Program-made: the position numbers and the translations under genes
The notes under the pieces: model-generated
Databases searched by the model: none
Seen by the model: only the letters and a program-made list of their open reading frames with translations
Told to the model about the DNA's origin: nothing
Source of the DNA: Candidatus Latescibacterota bacterium
Lineage (GTDB): Bacteria > Latescibacterota > UBA2968 > UBA8231
Length of the DNA stretch: 64,000 nt
Assembly (NCBI GenBank): GCA_965203175.1
Contig: OZ241867.1
Coordinates: 2,080,001 to 2,144,000 of the forward strand
Direction: 5' to 3'
In this document: positions 1 through 9,484 of the stretch, piece after piece
Layout: each line of letters begins with the position of its first letter
How positions within the stretch are numbered: the stretch's first letter is position 1

Positions 1-32
1 TTAGGAGATTAATCGGGTACGTATTCGACGGG

Positions 33-875
33 ATGCCTTATGGAATTCAAGCAGAGTCGGAAGTCCACTTTGAATACACCGACGGCGAGCAAGTAAAAGA
101 GAAGACCGTACCCGTCGCGGTGGTCAAGTTCGAGCAGTATTCGAAAAAAAGGCATCCCGACAATCCCAAGTTCAGGGGACAGGTGTTCGACATGCGGGTG
201 GGTTCAGTCGAACTAAACGGCGAGGAAGTCGGACTAGCGGTAGTACCCAGCGGCGACGCGGCTACCTATCACTACAGGCGCAATCGCATCATTTGGGATT
301 TAAACAAGGATGGGATCTTTGAAAATGAAACCGAATCTCGCGAATGCTACCGGGCCAATAATTCCTTCAGCATCCTCGGCAGATCACTTCAGGTCGAGAT
401 GGTCAGTTCGTCCGGGGATGAGATCGTGCTGGTACCAGCCGACGTGGAAGTCCCCCCCAAGATCGAGATAACAGAAGGTGAACCCGCGCCCGAATTCGCA
501 GTTGTAGACGTCCACGGCGATACGCTCCGCCTCGCTGACTTCCGGGGACGCCACGTTCTGCTCGACTTCTGGTTCACGACCTGCGGACCGTGCATAGAGG
601 ATACGCCAGAGCTAGTGGAGATATATAGTGCGAAGCAGGCGCACGGCTTTGAAATCATCGGCATTAGCGTCGACCACAGCCGCGAGGCGGTGTTCCGCTA
701 TGTCGAGAAGCACGGGATCGAGTGGCCCCAGGTAATCGAAGTCGAAAACGAGACCAAGCCAACGGAGATATACCACATAAGCGGGTTCCCTTCGTACGTC
801 TGGATTGGCCCCGATGGCGTCGTAATTAACCCAGAGCTAAAAGGCGATCTGGACGATTTGTACGACGCCTTTTGA
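33..875 (+). CDS. TlpA/ResA-like thioredoxin-fold redoxin with N-terminal extension (probably 5'-partial)
   Basis: GEPAPEF...LADFRGRHVLLDFWFTTCGPC (CxxC) and GFPSY cis-Pro loop; the frame is open back to base 3, so the start may lie upstream of the window. Confidence 0.85.
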   Translation: MPYGIQAESEVHFEYTDGEQVKEKTVPVAVVKFEQYSKKRHPDNPKFRGQVFDMRVGSVELNGEEVGLAVVPSGDAATYHYRRNRIIWDLNKDGIFENETESRECYRANNSFSILGRSLQVEMVSSSGDEIVLVPADVEVPPKIEITEGEPAPEFAVVDVHGDTLRLADFRGRHVLLDFWFTTCGPCIEDTPELVEIYSAKQAHGFEIIGISVDHSREAVFRYVEKHGIEWPQVIEVENETKPTEIYHISGFPSYVWIGPDGVVINPELKGDLDDLYDAF

Positions 876-913
876 CGCGACCATGTTCGATCCCCGAGAA
901 AGGAGCGAGGGAC

Positions 914-1735
914 ATGAAAACCTTAGCATCGCTGCTGTTGGTCGCATACCTGTCGGCCGCGGCAGCCGGCTCAGCGGAGGTCTCCTACGAGGTACACTTC
1001 ACCGAAGAAGAGATGACCCTGGACGGCCGCGCCGACGAACAGAGTTGGAGCTTGGCCCCAACTATCGAACTGACGGATCGGGCCTACCCCAGCCTAGAGC
1101 CGATTAGCCCTGCAAGCACGAGGGTGAGAGCCCTCTGGAACGAGCAAGGACTCTTGGTTTTGTACCAGTGCCAAGACCAGAACATTTTGGCGACGGTTAC
1201 CAAGCGGGACAGCACCGTGTACAAAGACGATGACGTGGAATTGTTTCTCGACCCGGACATGGACGGCACCCACTATGTCCAACTGGCCATCAACGCGCTG
1301 AATACGCAGATGGACGTCCTCAAAACCGATATAGATAACAAGCCCACTTTCTCCAACTGGGATTCCGGCACTGAAAGCGCGGTCGTCGTAGTGGGCAGCT
1401 TGGAAAATGGAGCTGACCGGGACGAGTCGTGGACGGTGGAACTCTTCTTTCCTTGGAGCAGTATGGGCCAAGAGGCACTGGAACTAAGCCGGTTCTACAA
1501 GGTGAAAGAGAGGGATGTGTTGGGCGGCTTATCGGTTCCGCCAAAGGTCGGGGACAGGTGGAAGGCCAACTTCAACCGCTTTGATCACGGCCGGGGCGAG
1601 GTCAGACGCACTGATCTCAGTTGGGGGACGATACGCTACAAGGAAGGAGATATAGTCAGTGGGTGGGGCGTCTCGCCCACTTCGGGTTCTTTGCACGACC
1701 CGACGCATTGGGGCGTGCTGGTCTTCGTCAAGTGA
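914..1735 (+). CDS. Secreted carbohydrate-binding family 9-like (CBM9/DOMON) protein
   Basis: Signal peptide MKTLASLLLVAYLSAAAAG; LDGRADEQSW, DDDVELFLDPD, WTVELFFPW, WKANFNR motifs; GAGG RBS before ATG 914. Confidence 0.8.
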   Translation: MKTLASLLLVAYLSAAAAGSAEVSYEVHFTEEEMTLDGRADEQSWSLAPTIELTDRAYPSLEPISPASTRVRALWNEQGLLVLYQCQDQNILATVTKRDSTVYKDDDVELFLDPDMDGTHYVQLAINALNTQMDVLKTDIDNKPTFSNWDSGTESAVVVVGSLENGADRDESWTVELFFPWSSMGQEALELSRFYKVKERDVLGGLSVPPKVGDRWKANFNRFDHGRGEVRRTDLSWGTIRYKEGDIVSGWGVSPTSGSLHDPTHWGVLVFVK

Positions 1736-1786
1736 GGCACTTCGTCGGCGAGAACATCGCGGAATCGAGTGGGAAGGAGAATAACC

Positions 1787-4294
1787 ATGCTGCGCAATAA
1801 CCTGATCATCGCCTGGCGCAATCTGATGCGCCATCGCCTGCACACGGCAATCAACCTCGCAGGGCTGGGCTTAGGCATGGCGTTTTGCCTGCTCGCGTGG
1901 CGCTTTGCCTCTCAGGAGTGGTCGTTTGATCGCTTCCACAGTAAAGCGGATCGGATCTATCGCGCCTATGTCGAGTACATGGGGTCGGCGAGACAGGTGC
2001 GCTACGCCGACAGGATTGATTTGGCTTTTGCACCCGAGTTGGAGGCTCTCTCTCCGCACGTAGAGCGCACGGTACGCCTCAAAGCGACGAGGCGCAGTAA
2101 TCGCTATGTACGCACGACCTTCGCGGGCAGTTCGCGTGACGAGGAATTTCTCCTCGCTGATCCGGCGTTTTTCGAGGTCTTCGACTTTCCACTCCTGCGA
2201 GGTGATGCTGCGACGGCGCTGGCCGAGCGCAACTCAGTCGTCCTCAGTTACGAAATGGCCCAACGCCTATTCGGCGACGCCGATCCGCTGGGTCAGCACT
2301 TGGCGATCACCTCAATGTGGAACAGCACTAAGACCGAAGACTTCACTATCACCGGCGTGGCCGCGCCGGTTCCGCGCACGTCGTCGATTCAGTTCAACAT
2401 GCTGCTGCCGTTCGACAACACGGAGTTCCTCATGCACAACTCCCCGAATGAGTGGGACGGCTCGTGCGACTCATTTATCCTCCTTGCGCCCGAAGCGGAT
2501 CCGGCCGATGTAGCGCCAGCCCTCGCACAGGTCACGCAGATATGGCTCCAACACGGGGAAACGATCCCTGAAGCCCTCGCGGAGGGCGCTTCTGCATTTC
2601 ACTTGCAGCCGCTGATCGATATGCGCTCAGATACCGGCCTGCTGCCAGCGTACGGACACGGCGTGATAGAGCCGAGGGATCCGTATATCTCGTATGTGCT
2701 CGTCAGTATGGCCTTGGCGGTCTTGTTAATGGGGTGCATCAACTTCGTCAATCTGGCGATTGGCCGGGCCTCGCTGCGGGCAGCGGAGGTTGGTGTGCGC
2801 AAGGCAGTGGGCGCAGGACGTGGGCAGTTGATGCGTCAGTTCATCGGCGAGGCAGTGGTGCTCTCTATTGTAGGATTGGGTGCCGGGTGTGCGTTGGCGG
2901 CGCTGCTGTTGCCGGCGTTTAACGCCACCTTTTCGCAGGAGCTGTCGCTCGGTCTAAGCGAGCCGAGTATGCTGGCTGCGCTGGCTGCACTGCTGTTGTT
3001 GGTCAGTTTGGGAGCCGGTTGGTATCCGGCTCTCGTGCTGTCCCGTCTGGATGCGTTGAGCGCGATTCGGCGCAGCGTGTCCATGGCCGGGATTGCTCGG
3101 TTTAGCCGCATCCTCGTGGGTGTGCAGTTGGCCATTTCCGTGGGGTTGATCACCTGTACGCTGGTCATGTATCACCAGCTAGAGCACCTCATGGCGCGCG
3201 ACTTGGGGATCGACCAAGAGCGCGTCATCGCGGTAGATACGGACGCTCTCAAACAGCACAGGCCCCAACATCCCGTACTTATGGAGTCCTTTCTCCGCCA
3301 TAGTCGCATTGCCTCGGTCACTACGTTGAGAGAGAACTTCCTTAAAAAACCTTATTGGTTCAGAGTCGATTTCCGAGCCGGGATCGAGAGCGACCGGGAG
3401 ACGAAGGTCCGACCTTACGAGGTGGACCACAACTTTGTGGAGACCATGAACTTGGAGTTGGTGCGCGGGCGGAACTTCTCGCTGGCGCAGGGCGACAAGA
3501 AGAACCTCGCGCTGATCTCCGAGAGCGCGGCAGCACGCCTCGGACTCGCCGATCCGATTGGCGAGATGATTAAAGTAGGGTATATGTCGCGTTCGGGAGT
3601 GGTGTGGGGGAGGAAGGGAGGTGAAGATCGCATCATCGGCGTGGTCAAGGACTTCACCTTCGAGTCAGGGTACGAAGACGCCACCCCGGGTCTACTGCTG
3701 CTCAATCCCGACTTGGGACCAAGATACTCCCAAGGCAATCTCATCTTCAGGTACGAAGCTGATCTCATGCTCGTGCGCGTAAAGCCAGGAGATATGCAGG
3801 AAGTCGTCCAGTACATGCAGGAGACGTGGAGCAGCATCGTCGATTATGCGGACTTCAAATTCTCCTTCCTACAGCAGGACTTGGAAGCGGCCTATCGCGA
3901 CGAGTTGCACTGGCGACAGCTCATTACGTGGGCTGCGATCGGCGCAGTGTTCATCTCCGCTTTGGGTGCCTTTGCGCTCACTGCTCTTGCCGCCGGTCGC
4001 CGCACCAAGGAGATCGGCATCCGCAAGGCCCTCGGTGCCGATGTCTTCGGTCTCACCACGCTGATGACCCGCGAGTTTGCCTGTCTCGCCCTGATTGGGT
4101 CGCTGGTGGCGTGGCCTCTGTCGTGGTGGTGGATGCGCGACTGGCTGAACGGCTTTGCCTTCCGCATTGATCTGGCGGCGTGGCATTTTGCCGCTGGGGC
4201 TGCGATTGCGCTCGTCGCGGTTTTGCTCAGTTCTGGTCATCAGGCGTATAAAGCTGCTAAGGCAGATCCGGTAGAAGCTCTGCGCTATGAGTAG
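1787..4294 (+). CDS. ABC transporter permease, duplicated MacB-PCD/FtsX type (copy 1)
   Basis: MLRNNLIIAWRNL start, INFVNL...EVGVRKAVGA, RRTKEIGIRKALGA, DPVEALRYE end; AAGGAG RBS. Confidence 0.92.
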   Translation: MLRNNLIIAWRNLMRHRLHTAINLAGLGLGMAFCLLAWRFASQEWSFDRFHSKADRIYRAYVEYMGSARQVRYADRIDLAFAPELEALSPHVERTVRLKATRRSNRYVRTTFAGSSRDEEFLLADPAFFEVFDFPLLRGDAATALAERNSVVLSYEMAQRLFGDADPLGQHLAITSMWNSTKTEDFTITGVAAPVPRTSSIQFNMLLPFDNTEFLMHNSPNEWDGSCDSFILLAPEADPADVAPALAQVTQIWLQHGETIPEALAEGASAFHLQPLIDMRSDTGLLPAYGHGVIEPRDPYISYVLVSMALAVLLMGCINFVNLAIGRASLRAAEVGVRKAVGAGRGQLMRQFIGEAVVLSIVGLGAGCALAALLLPAFNATFSQELSLGLSEPSMLAALAALLLLVSLGAGWYPALVLSRLDALSAIRRSVSMAGIARFSRILVGVQLAISVGLITCTLVMYHQLEHLMARDLGIDQERVIAVDTDALKQHRPQHPVLMESFLRHSRIASVTTLRENFLKKPYWFRVDFRAGIESDRETKVRPYEVDHNFVETMNLELVRGRNFSLAQGDKKNLALISESAAARLGLADPIGEMIKVGYMSRSGVVWGRKGGEDRIIGVVKDFTFESGYEDATPGLLLLNPDLGPRYSQGNLIFRYEADLMLVRVKPGDMQEVVQYMQETWSSIVDYADFKFSFLQQDLEAAYRDELHWRQLITWAAIGAVFISALGAFALTALAAGRRTKEIGIRKALGADVFGLTTLMTREFACLALIGSLVAWPLSWWWMRDWLNGFAFRIDLAAWHFAAGAAIALVAVLLSSGHQAYKAAKADPVEALRYE

Positions 4295-4341
4295 AGGGAT
4301 TCCCTACAAGTCGTACCGATTTGAGGAGGAGAAAAATAACC

Positions 4342-6834
4342 ATGCTGCGCAATAACCTGATCACCGCCTGGCGCAATTTGATGCGCCATCGCCTGCACAC
4401 GGTCATCAACCTCGCGGGACTGAGCTTGGGCATGGCGTTTTGCCTGCTGGCGTGGCGCTTTGCCTCTCAGGAGTGGTCGTTTGATCGCTTCCACAGTAAA
4501 GCGGATCGGATCTATCGCGTTTATGTCGAGGCTATGGGGACGGAGGAGGGGCTGATGCGCATGGCCGACGTGATTGACTTTGCTTTTGCGCCCGAACTGG
4601 AAGCCCTCTCTCCACATGTGGAGCGCACGGTACGCCTCAGTGCGGCGAGAGGGAATGACAGAGATGATCGCGTCGTGCGCACGACATTCGAAGGTGGTTC
4701 GCGCGACGAAGAGTTCCTGCTGGTCGATCCTGTGTTTTTCGAGGTCTTCGACTTCCCGCTCATGCGGGGCAATGCCTCCACGGCCCTAGCCGAGCGCAAC
4801 TCCGTCGTCCTGAGCTACGAGATGGCTCAACGCCTGTTCGGCGATGCAGATCCGTTGGGCCAGAGTCTGAGGTTAGCCTCGCTGGCTACACGCGATGTCG
4901 AGGACTTCACCATCACCGGAGTGACGGCACCCGTTCCGCACGCGTCGTCGATTCAGTTCAACATGCTGCTGCCGTTCGACAACACGGAGTTACTCTTCCA
5001 CCATTCCTCGGATGAGTGGGAAGGTTCGTGTAATGCATACGTCCTGCTCAGGTCCGGCGCAGACCCGGCTGATCTAGAGCCGGCCTTCGTGCAACTTACA
5101 CGGAACATGATCCAAAGCGATGGACAGGAGATACCAGAAGACCTCCCGGAGGATTTTTCTCTATTTCGGTTGCAGCCGCTGACCGATCTACACTCGGATA
5201 CTGGCCTGATGAAATGGATCGGGCACGGCGTGGTGGAGCCGAGAGATCCGTACGTCTCGTATGTGCTCGGCAGTATAGCCTTGGCGGTTCTGTTAATGGG
5301 GTGTATCAACTTCGTCAATCTGGCCATTGGTCGAGCCTCGCTGCGGGCGGCGGAGGTCGGCGTGCGCAAGACGGTGGGTGCCGGACGTGGTCAATTGATG
5401 CGCCAGTTCATCGTCGAAGCAGCAGTGCTCTCTATTCTTGGATTGGGTGCTGGGTATGTCTTAGCGGCGCTGCTGCTGCCGGCGTTCAACGCGACCTTTT
5501 CGCAGGAGCTATCGCTCGGTTTGAGCGAGCCGAGTATGCTGGGTGCATTAGCGGCGTTGCTGCTGCTGGTCAGTGTAGGAGCTGGTTGGTATCCGGCGTT
5601 CGTGCTATCCCGTCTGGAGCCTTTGAGCGCGATTCGGCGCAGCGTGTCCATGACCGGAATCACTCGGTTCAGCCGCGTACTTGTGGGTGTGCAGTTGGCC
5701 ATTTCCGTGGGATTGATCACTTGTACGCTGGTCATGTATCACCAACTTGATCACTTAATGAGTCAGTACGGGTTTGAGCAGGAGCGCATCATCGCGGTGC
5801 ACACGGACGCTCTATACGACTTGAAGCCCGATCATCCCGTGGTCGTAGAGGCCTTCCTGCGCCATAGTCGGATCGCCTCGGTTGCCATGGTGGACGACGA
5901 CTTCCTACAAGGCTTTCATTGGTCCGACTACCGAGCCGTGACTGAGAGCGGTCGGGAGACAAAGGTTCGCCCTTACATTGTAGATCACAACTTTGTAGAG
6001 ACTATGAACCTGAAGCTGATAGCTGGACGGGACTTCTCGCTGGCCCAAGGCGACAAGCGGGACCTCGCACTGATCTCTGAGAGTGCAGCAGCACAGCTTG
6101 GACTCGCCGACCCGATTGGTGAGACGATCAAAGTAGGGAAGTTTAAGGACTCGGAGTTCAAACCGAGGAGGAGGACAAGTAAGGATGGGGCTCGCATTAT
6201 TGGCGTGGTCGAGGACTTCACCTTCGAGTCCGGGTACGAGGACATCCCCCCGGGCTTGCTGGTGCTCAATCCCGTCTTGGGACCAGGCTACTACGAGGTT
6301 GACCTCATGCTCGTGCGCGTGAAGCCGGGAGATATGCAGGAGGTCGTCCAGTACATGCAAGAGTCATGGGATAGCATCGTTGACTACGCCGACTTCCACT
6401 TCTCCTTCCTGCAGCAGGATTTAGAGGCGGCCTACCGCGATGAGTTGCGCTGGCGTCGGCTCATCACGTGGGCTGCGGTTGGCGCAGTGTTCATCTCCGC
6501 TCTCGGTGCCTTTGCGCTCACCGCTCTCGCTGCGGGTCGCCGCACCAAGGAGATTGGCATTCGCAAAGCCCTCGGTTCCAGCGTCTTTGGCATCACCGCG
6601 ATGATGGCCCGCGAGTTTGCCTACCTCGCTCTGATTGGATCGCTCGTGGCGTGGCCTCTGTCTTGGTGGTGGATGCGCGACTGGTTGAATGGCTTCGCGT
6701 TCCGCATTGACTTGGCGGCGTGGCATTTTGCCGCGGGTGCTGCGATTGCGCTCGTCGCGGTTTTGGTCAGCTCCGGCCATCAGGCGTATAAAGCTGCTAA
6801 GGCCGATCTCGTGGAAGCCCTGCGCTGCGAGTAG
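4342..6834 (+). CDS. ABC transporter permease, duplicated MacB-PCD/FtsX type (copy 2, close paralog of copy 1)
   Basis: Same motifs; long stretches near-identical to 1787-4294; GGAGGAG RBS. Confidence 0.92.
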   Translation: MLRNNLITAWRNLMRHRLHTVINLAGLSLGMAFCLLAWRFASQEWSFDRFHSKADRIYRVYVEAMGTEEGLMRMADVIDFAFAPELEALSPHVERTVRLSAARGNDRDDRVVRTTFEGGSRDEEFLLVDPVFFEVFDFPLMRGNASTALAERNSVVLSYEMAQRLFGDADPLGQSLRLASLATRDVEDFTITGVTAPVPHASSIQFNMLLPFDNTELLFHHSSDEWEGSCNAYVLLRSGADPADLEPAFVQLTRNMIQSDGQEIPEDLPEDFSLFRLQPLTDLHSDTGLMKWIGHGVVEPRDPYVSYVLGSIALAVLLMGCINFVNLAIGRASLRAAEVGVRKTVGAGRGQLMRQFIVEAAVLSILGLGAGYVLAALLLPAFNATFSQELSLGLSEPSMLGALAALLLLVSVGAGWYPAFVLSRLEPLSAIRRSVSMTGITRFSRVLVGVQLAISVGLITCTLVMYHQLDHLMSQYGFEQERIIAVHTDALYDLKPDHPVVVEAFLRHSRIASVAMVDDDFLQGFHWSDYRAVTESGRETKVRPYIVDHNFVETMNLKLIAGRDFSLAQGDKRDLALISESAAAQLGLADPIGETIKVGKFKDSEFKPRRRTSKDGARIIGVVEDFTFESGYEDIPPGLLVLNPVLGPGYYEVDLMLVRVKPGDMQEVVQYMQESWDSIVDYADFHFSFLQQDLEAAYRDELRWRRLITWAAVGAVFISALGAFALTALAAGRRTKEIGIRKALGSSVFGITAMMAREFAYLALIGSLVAWPLSWWWMRDWLNGFAFRIDLAAWHFAAGAAIALVAVLVSSGHQAYKAAKADLVEALRCE

Positions 6835-6898
6835 TGAACAACGATCGTTAATTCCCTACAAATCACACTGATTTAAAGAGAAAAGGAAGATACCAATC

Positions 6899-9331
6899 AT
6901 GCTCAAGAGCTATCTGCCCCAAAATGCAGGGGTCATGTCGCTTTTCATCGTCTGTCTTATCGGGCTCGTGTTCAGCATTGGCGTCGGCGCGGAGCCGCTA
7001 GTGGAAGGCCGGATACGCCTATCGTCCGGGTTGCCAGCCGCCGGGGTGCAAGTGCGGCTGTTCGATTTGAGCGACCTGCGCCAGTCCGTCGGCACGACGA
7101 CGGATGCGACCGGCTATTTTGCACTTTCGCTGCCAGCACTGTCTGGGGGAAGGAACGCGGCGCTGCCCGCCGACTTTGCCTTGGGGCAGAATTACCCCAA
7201 TCCGTTCAATCCTTCTACCCTCATTCCCTACCAACTGCCAGTGGCTGGTCCTGTGCGGCTGGAAGTGTTCAATATGCTGGGGCAGCGCTTGGCCAAGTTA
7301 GTCGATGGCGAACGGTCGGCGGGTGTACACACGGCGCGGTGGGACGGTACGGATGCGGCTGGGCGCGCGGTCGGGGCGGGAGTGTATATCTACCGGCTCA
7401 GCAGTGGCGGGATGACGGTGAGTCGGCGGATGGTGCTGATTGACGGGCAGGCTGGGGTTAGCAGCGGTGCGCCGAGTAGGCCCTATACGTCACCGGCTAC
7501 CCAAGATCAGGTGTATGGATTGGCCGTTTGGGGCTCGGACATGGTCGCCTACGTGGATCCCGCCTTCCAAGTTCGAGACGGGATGGCTCCAGTGGACATC
7601 GTCGTGGAAGCGCGTGGCCTGTCTGGGCGGCTGAAGGTGGCCGCAGGTAGCCTCTTGGGGGATGTCAACGGCGATGGTCGCGTCGATATTGTCGATGCTT
7701 TGTTCGTGGCCATGTACAGCGTCGATCCTTCGACTTTGGCGGCTCATATTCCCAACATTTCCCTCGGCGATGTGGATGCCGATGGCGACCTCGACTTTAC
7801 CGACGCTTATCTAATAGGGACGTACAGCGTCAATCCGTTGGATCCCATGTTGCCCGCGGGGATTGGCCAAGCCGTATCTGATCCTGAATTCCTGACTCCT
7901 GAGGCAGCCCGTAGTGCGCTAGATGAGCGGGGGATTGCGTATGCCCCGGCATCCTTTTTGGAGCGCATCCGCGCGGGGGATGTATCTGCGGTACGGCTGT
8001 TTATTGCGGCTGGGATGGACATCCACGCCCAAGATGATGATGGCAGGACGGCTTTGATGTGGGTGGCCTTTGGGGGCGATGTGGAAATGGTTCGTCTTTT
8101 GCTCGCCAACGGGGCCAATATCCACGCCCAAGATGCCGACAGCACTACGGTATTGATGTGGGCCGCTTCTGGGGGTGGTGTGGAGGTGGTGCATCTTTTG
8201 CTCGCCAACGGGGCCAATATCCACGCCCAAGATAAATACGGCTATACGGCCTTGACGTGGGCGGCTGGGGCGGGTCAGGTGGAGGTGGTGCATCTTTTGC
8301 TCGCCAACGGAGCCGACATAAGCGCACAAAATAGCTCCGGCATTACAGCTTTGATGTTAGCCGCTAGGGCGGGTCAGGTGGAAGTAGTGCGGCTCTTACT
8401 CGCCAATGGGGCCGACCTCCACGCCCAAGATGACCTCTTTGACAGGACGGTATTGATGTGGGCCGCTTCTGGGGGGCATGTGGAGGTAGTGCGTCTTTTG
8501 CTCGCCAACGAGGCCGACATTCACGCCCAAGATGACCTGTATGGTAGGACGGCCTTGGCGTGGGCCGCTTTTGGGGGCCATGTGGAGGTAGTGCGTCTTT
8601 TGCTCGCCAACGAGGCCAATATCCACGCCCAAAATAGCTCCGGCAGGACGACCTTGATGTATGCCGCTAGGGAAGGCCATATCGAGGTAGTGCGGCTCTT
8701 ACTCGCCGACGGGGCCGACATTCACGCCCAAGATGCCTACTATGGCAGGACGGTCTTGGCGTGGGCCGCTTGGGCGGGTCAGATGGAGGTAGTGCGGCTC
8801 TTACTCGCCGACGGGGCCGACATTCACACGCGAACTAACGAAGGCACTACGGCCTTGATACTAGCTGTTCTTGAGGGCCATGTCGAGGTCGCACGCATCT
8901 TAGTAGAACAATGGGTAGCAGAAGGAGATGTGGATGCCCGATATGACGACGACACTACGGTTTTGATGTGGGCCGCTCAGGCAGGCCATGTCGAGATGGT
9001 TCGCTTCTTGCTCGAAAACGACACCGATATTCACGCCCGAAATAACAACGGCACTACGGCCTTGGCGTGGGCCGCTTGGGGGGGCGCTGTGGAGGTGGTG
9101 CGTCTCTTGCTTGAAAGCGGCACCGATATTCACGCCCGAAATAACGGCGGCTGGACGGTCTTGATGTGGGCGGCTCGGGGGGGCGCTGTGGAGGTGGTGC
9201 GTCTCTTGCTTGAAAGCGGCACCGATATTCACGCCCAAAATAACGACGGCACGACGGCCTTGAGCTTGGCCAAAAATAGTGGTCGCCAAGAGGTGATAGA
9301 CCTTCTCGAAGCGGCTGGTGCCACGGAGTAA
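6899..9331 (+). CDS. Secreted ankyrin-repeat protein (13 repeats) with prealbumin-like/FlgD-Ig (T9SS-A-like)/dockerin-like N-terminal module
   Basis: Signal peptide; QNYPNPFNPST...WDGTD...GVYIYRL; GDVNGDGRVDIVDAL...GDVDADGDLDFTDA; repeated G-x-T-A/V-L-M-x-A-A-x-x-G-x-V-E-V-V-R-L-L-L; alternative start 6935. Confidence 0.92.
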   Translation: MLKSYLPQNAGVMSLFIVCLIGLVFSIGVGAEPLVEGRIRLSSGLPAAGVQVRLFDLSDLRQSVGTTTDATGYFALSLPALSGGRNAALPADFALGQNYPNPFNPSTLIPYQLPVAGPVRLEVFNMLGQRLAKLVDGERSAGVHTARWDGTDAAGRAVGAGVYIYRLSSGGMTVSRRMVLIDGQAGVSSGAPSRPYTSPATQDQVYGLAVWGSDMVAYVDPAFQVRDGMAPVDIVVEARGLSGRLKVAAGSLLGDVNGDGRVDIVDALFVAMYSVDPSTLAAHIPNISLGDVDADGDLDFTDAYLIGTYSVNPLDPMLPAGIGQAVSDPEFLTPEAARSALDERGIAYAPASFLERIRAGDVSAVRLFIAAGMDIHAQDDDGRTALMWVAFGGDVEMVRLLLANGANIHAQDADSTTVLMWAASGGGVEVVHLLLANGANIHAQDKYGYTALTWAAGAGQVEVVHLLLANGADISAQNSSGITALMLAARAGQVEVVRLLLANGADLHAQDDLFDRTVLMWAASGGHVEVVRLLLANEADIHAQDDLYGRTALAWAAFGGHVEVVRLLLANEANIHAQNSSGRTTLMYAAREGHIEVVRLLLADGADIHAQDAYYGRTVLAWAAWAGQMEVVRLLLADGADIHTRTNEGTTALILAVLEGHVEVARILVEQWVAEGDVDARYDDDTTVLMWAAQAGHVEMVRFLLENDTDIHARNNNGTTALAWAAWGGAVEVVRLLLESGTDIHARNNGGWTVLMWAARGGAVEVVRLLLESGTDIHAQNNDGTTALSLAKNSGRQEVIDLLEAAGATE

Positions 9332-9484
9332 CATAGACGGCCTAAGAAAAGCCGGATTAGACTGGCTCTACCTTAACACCGGGAGTACTGCCTTATGACT
9401 AAACTCACTGTGAACGCGCCGTGTCCTTTACCCGGCCATCAGTCGGTTTCCTCTAATCCGACATCCAATAAAGGAGTTGACCTC

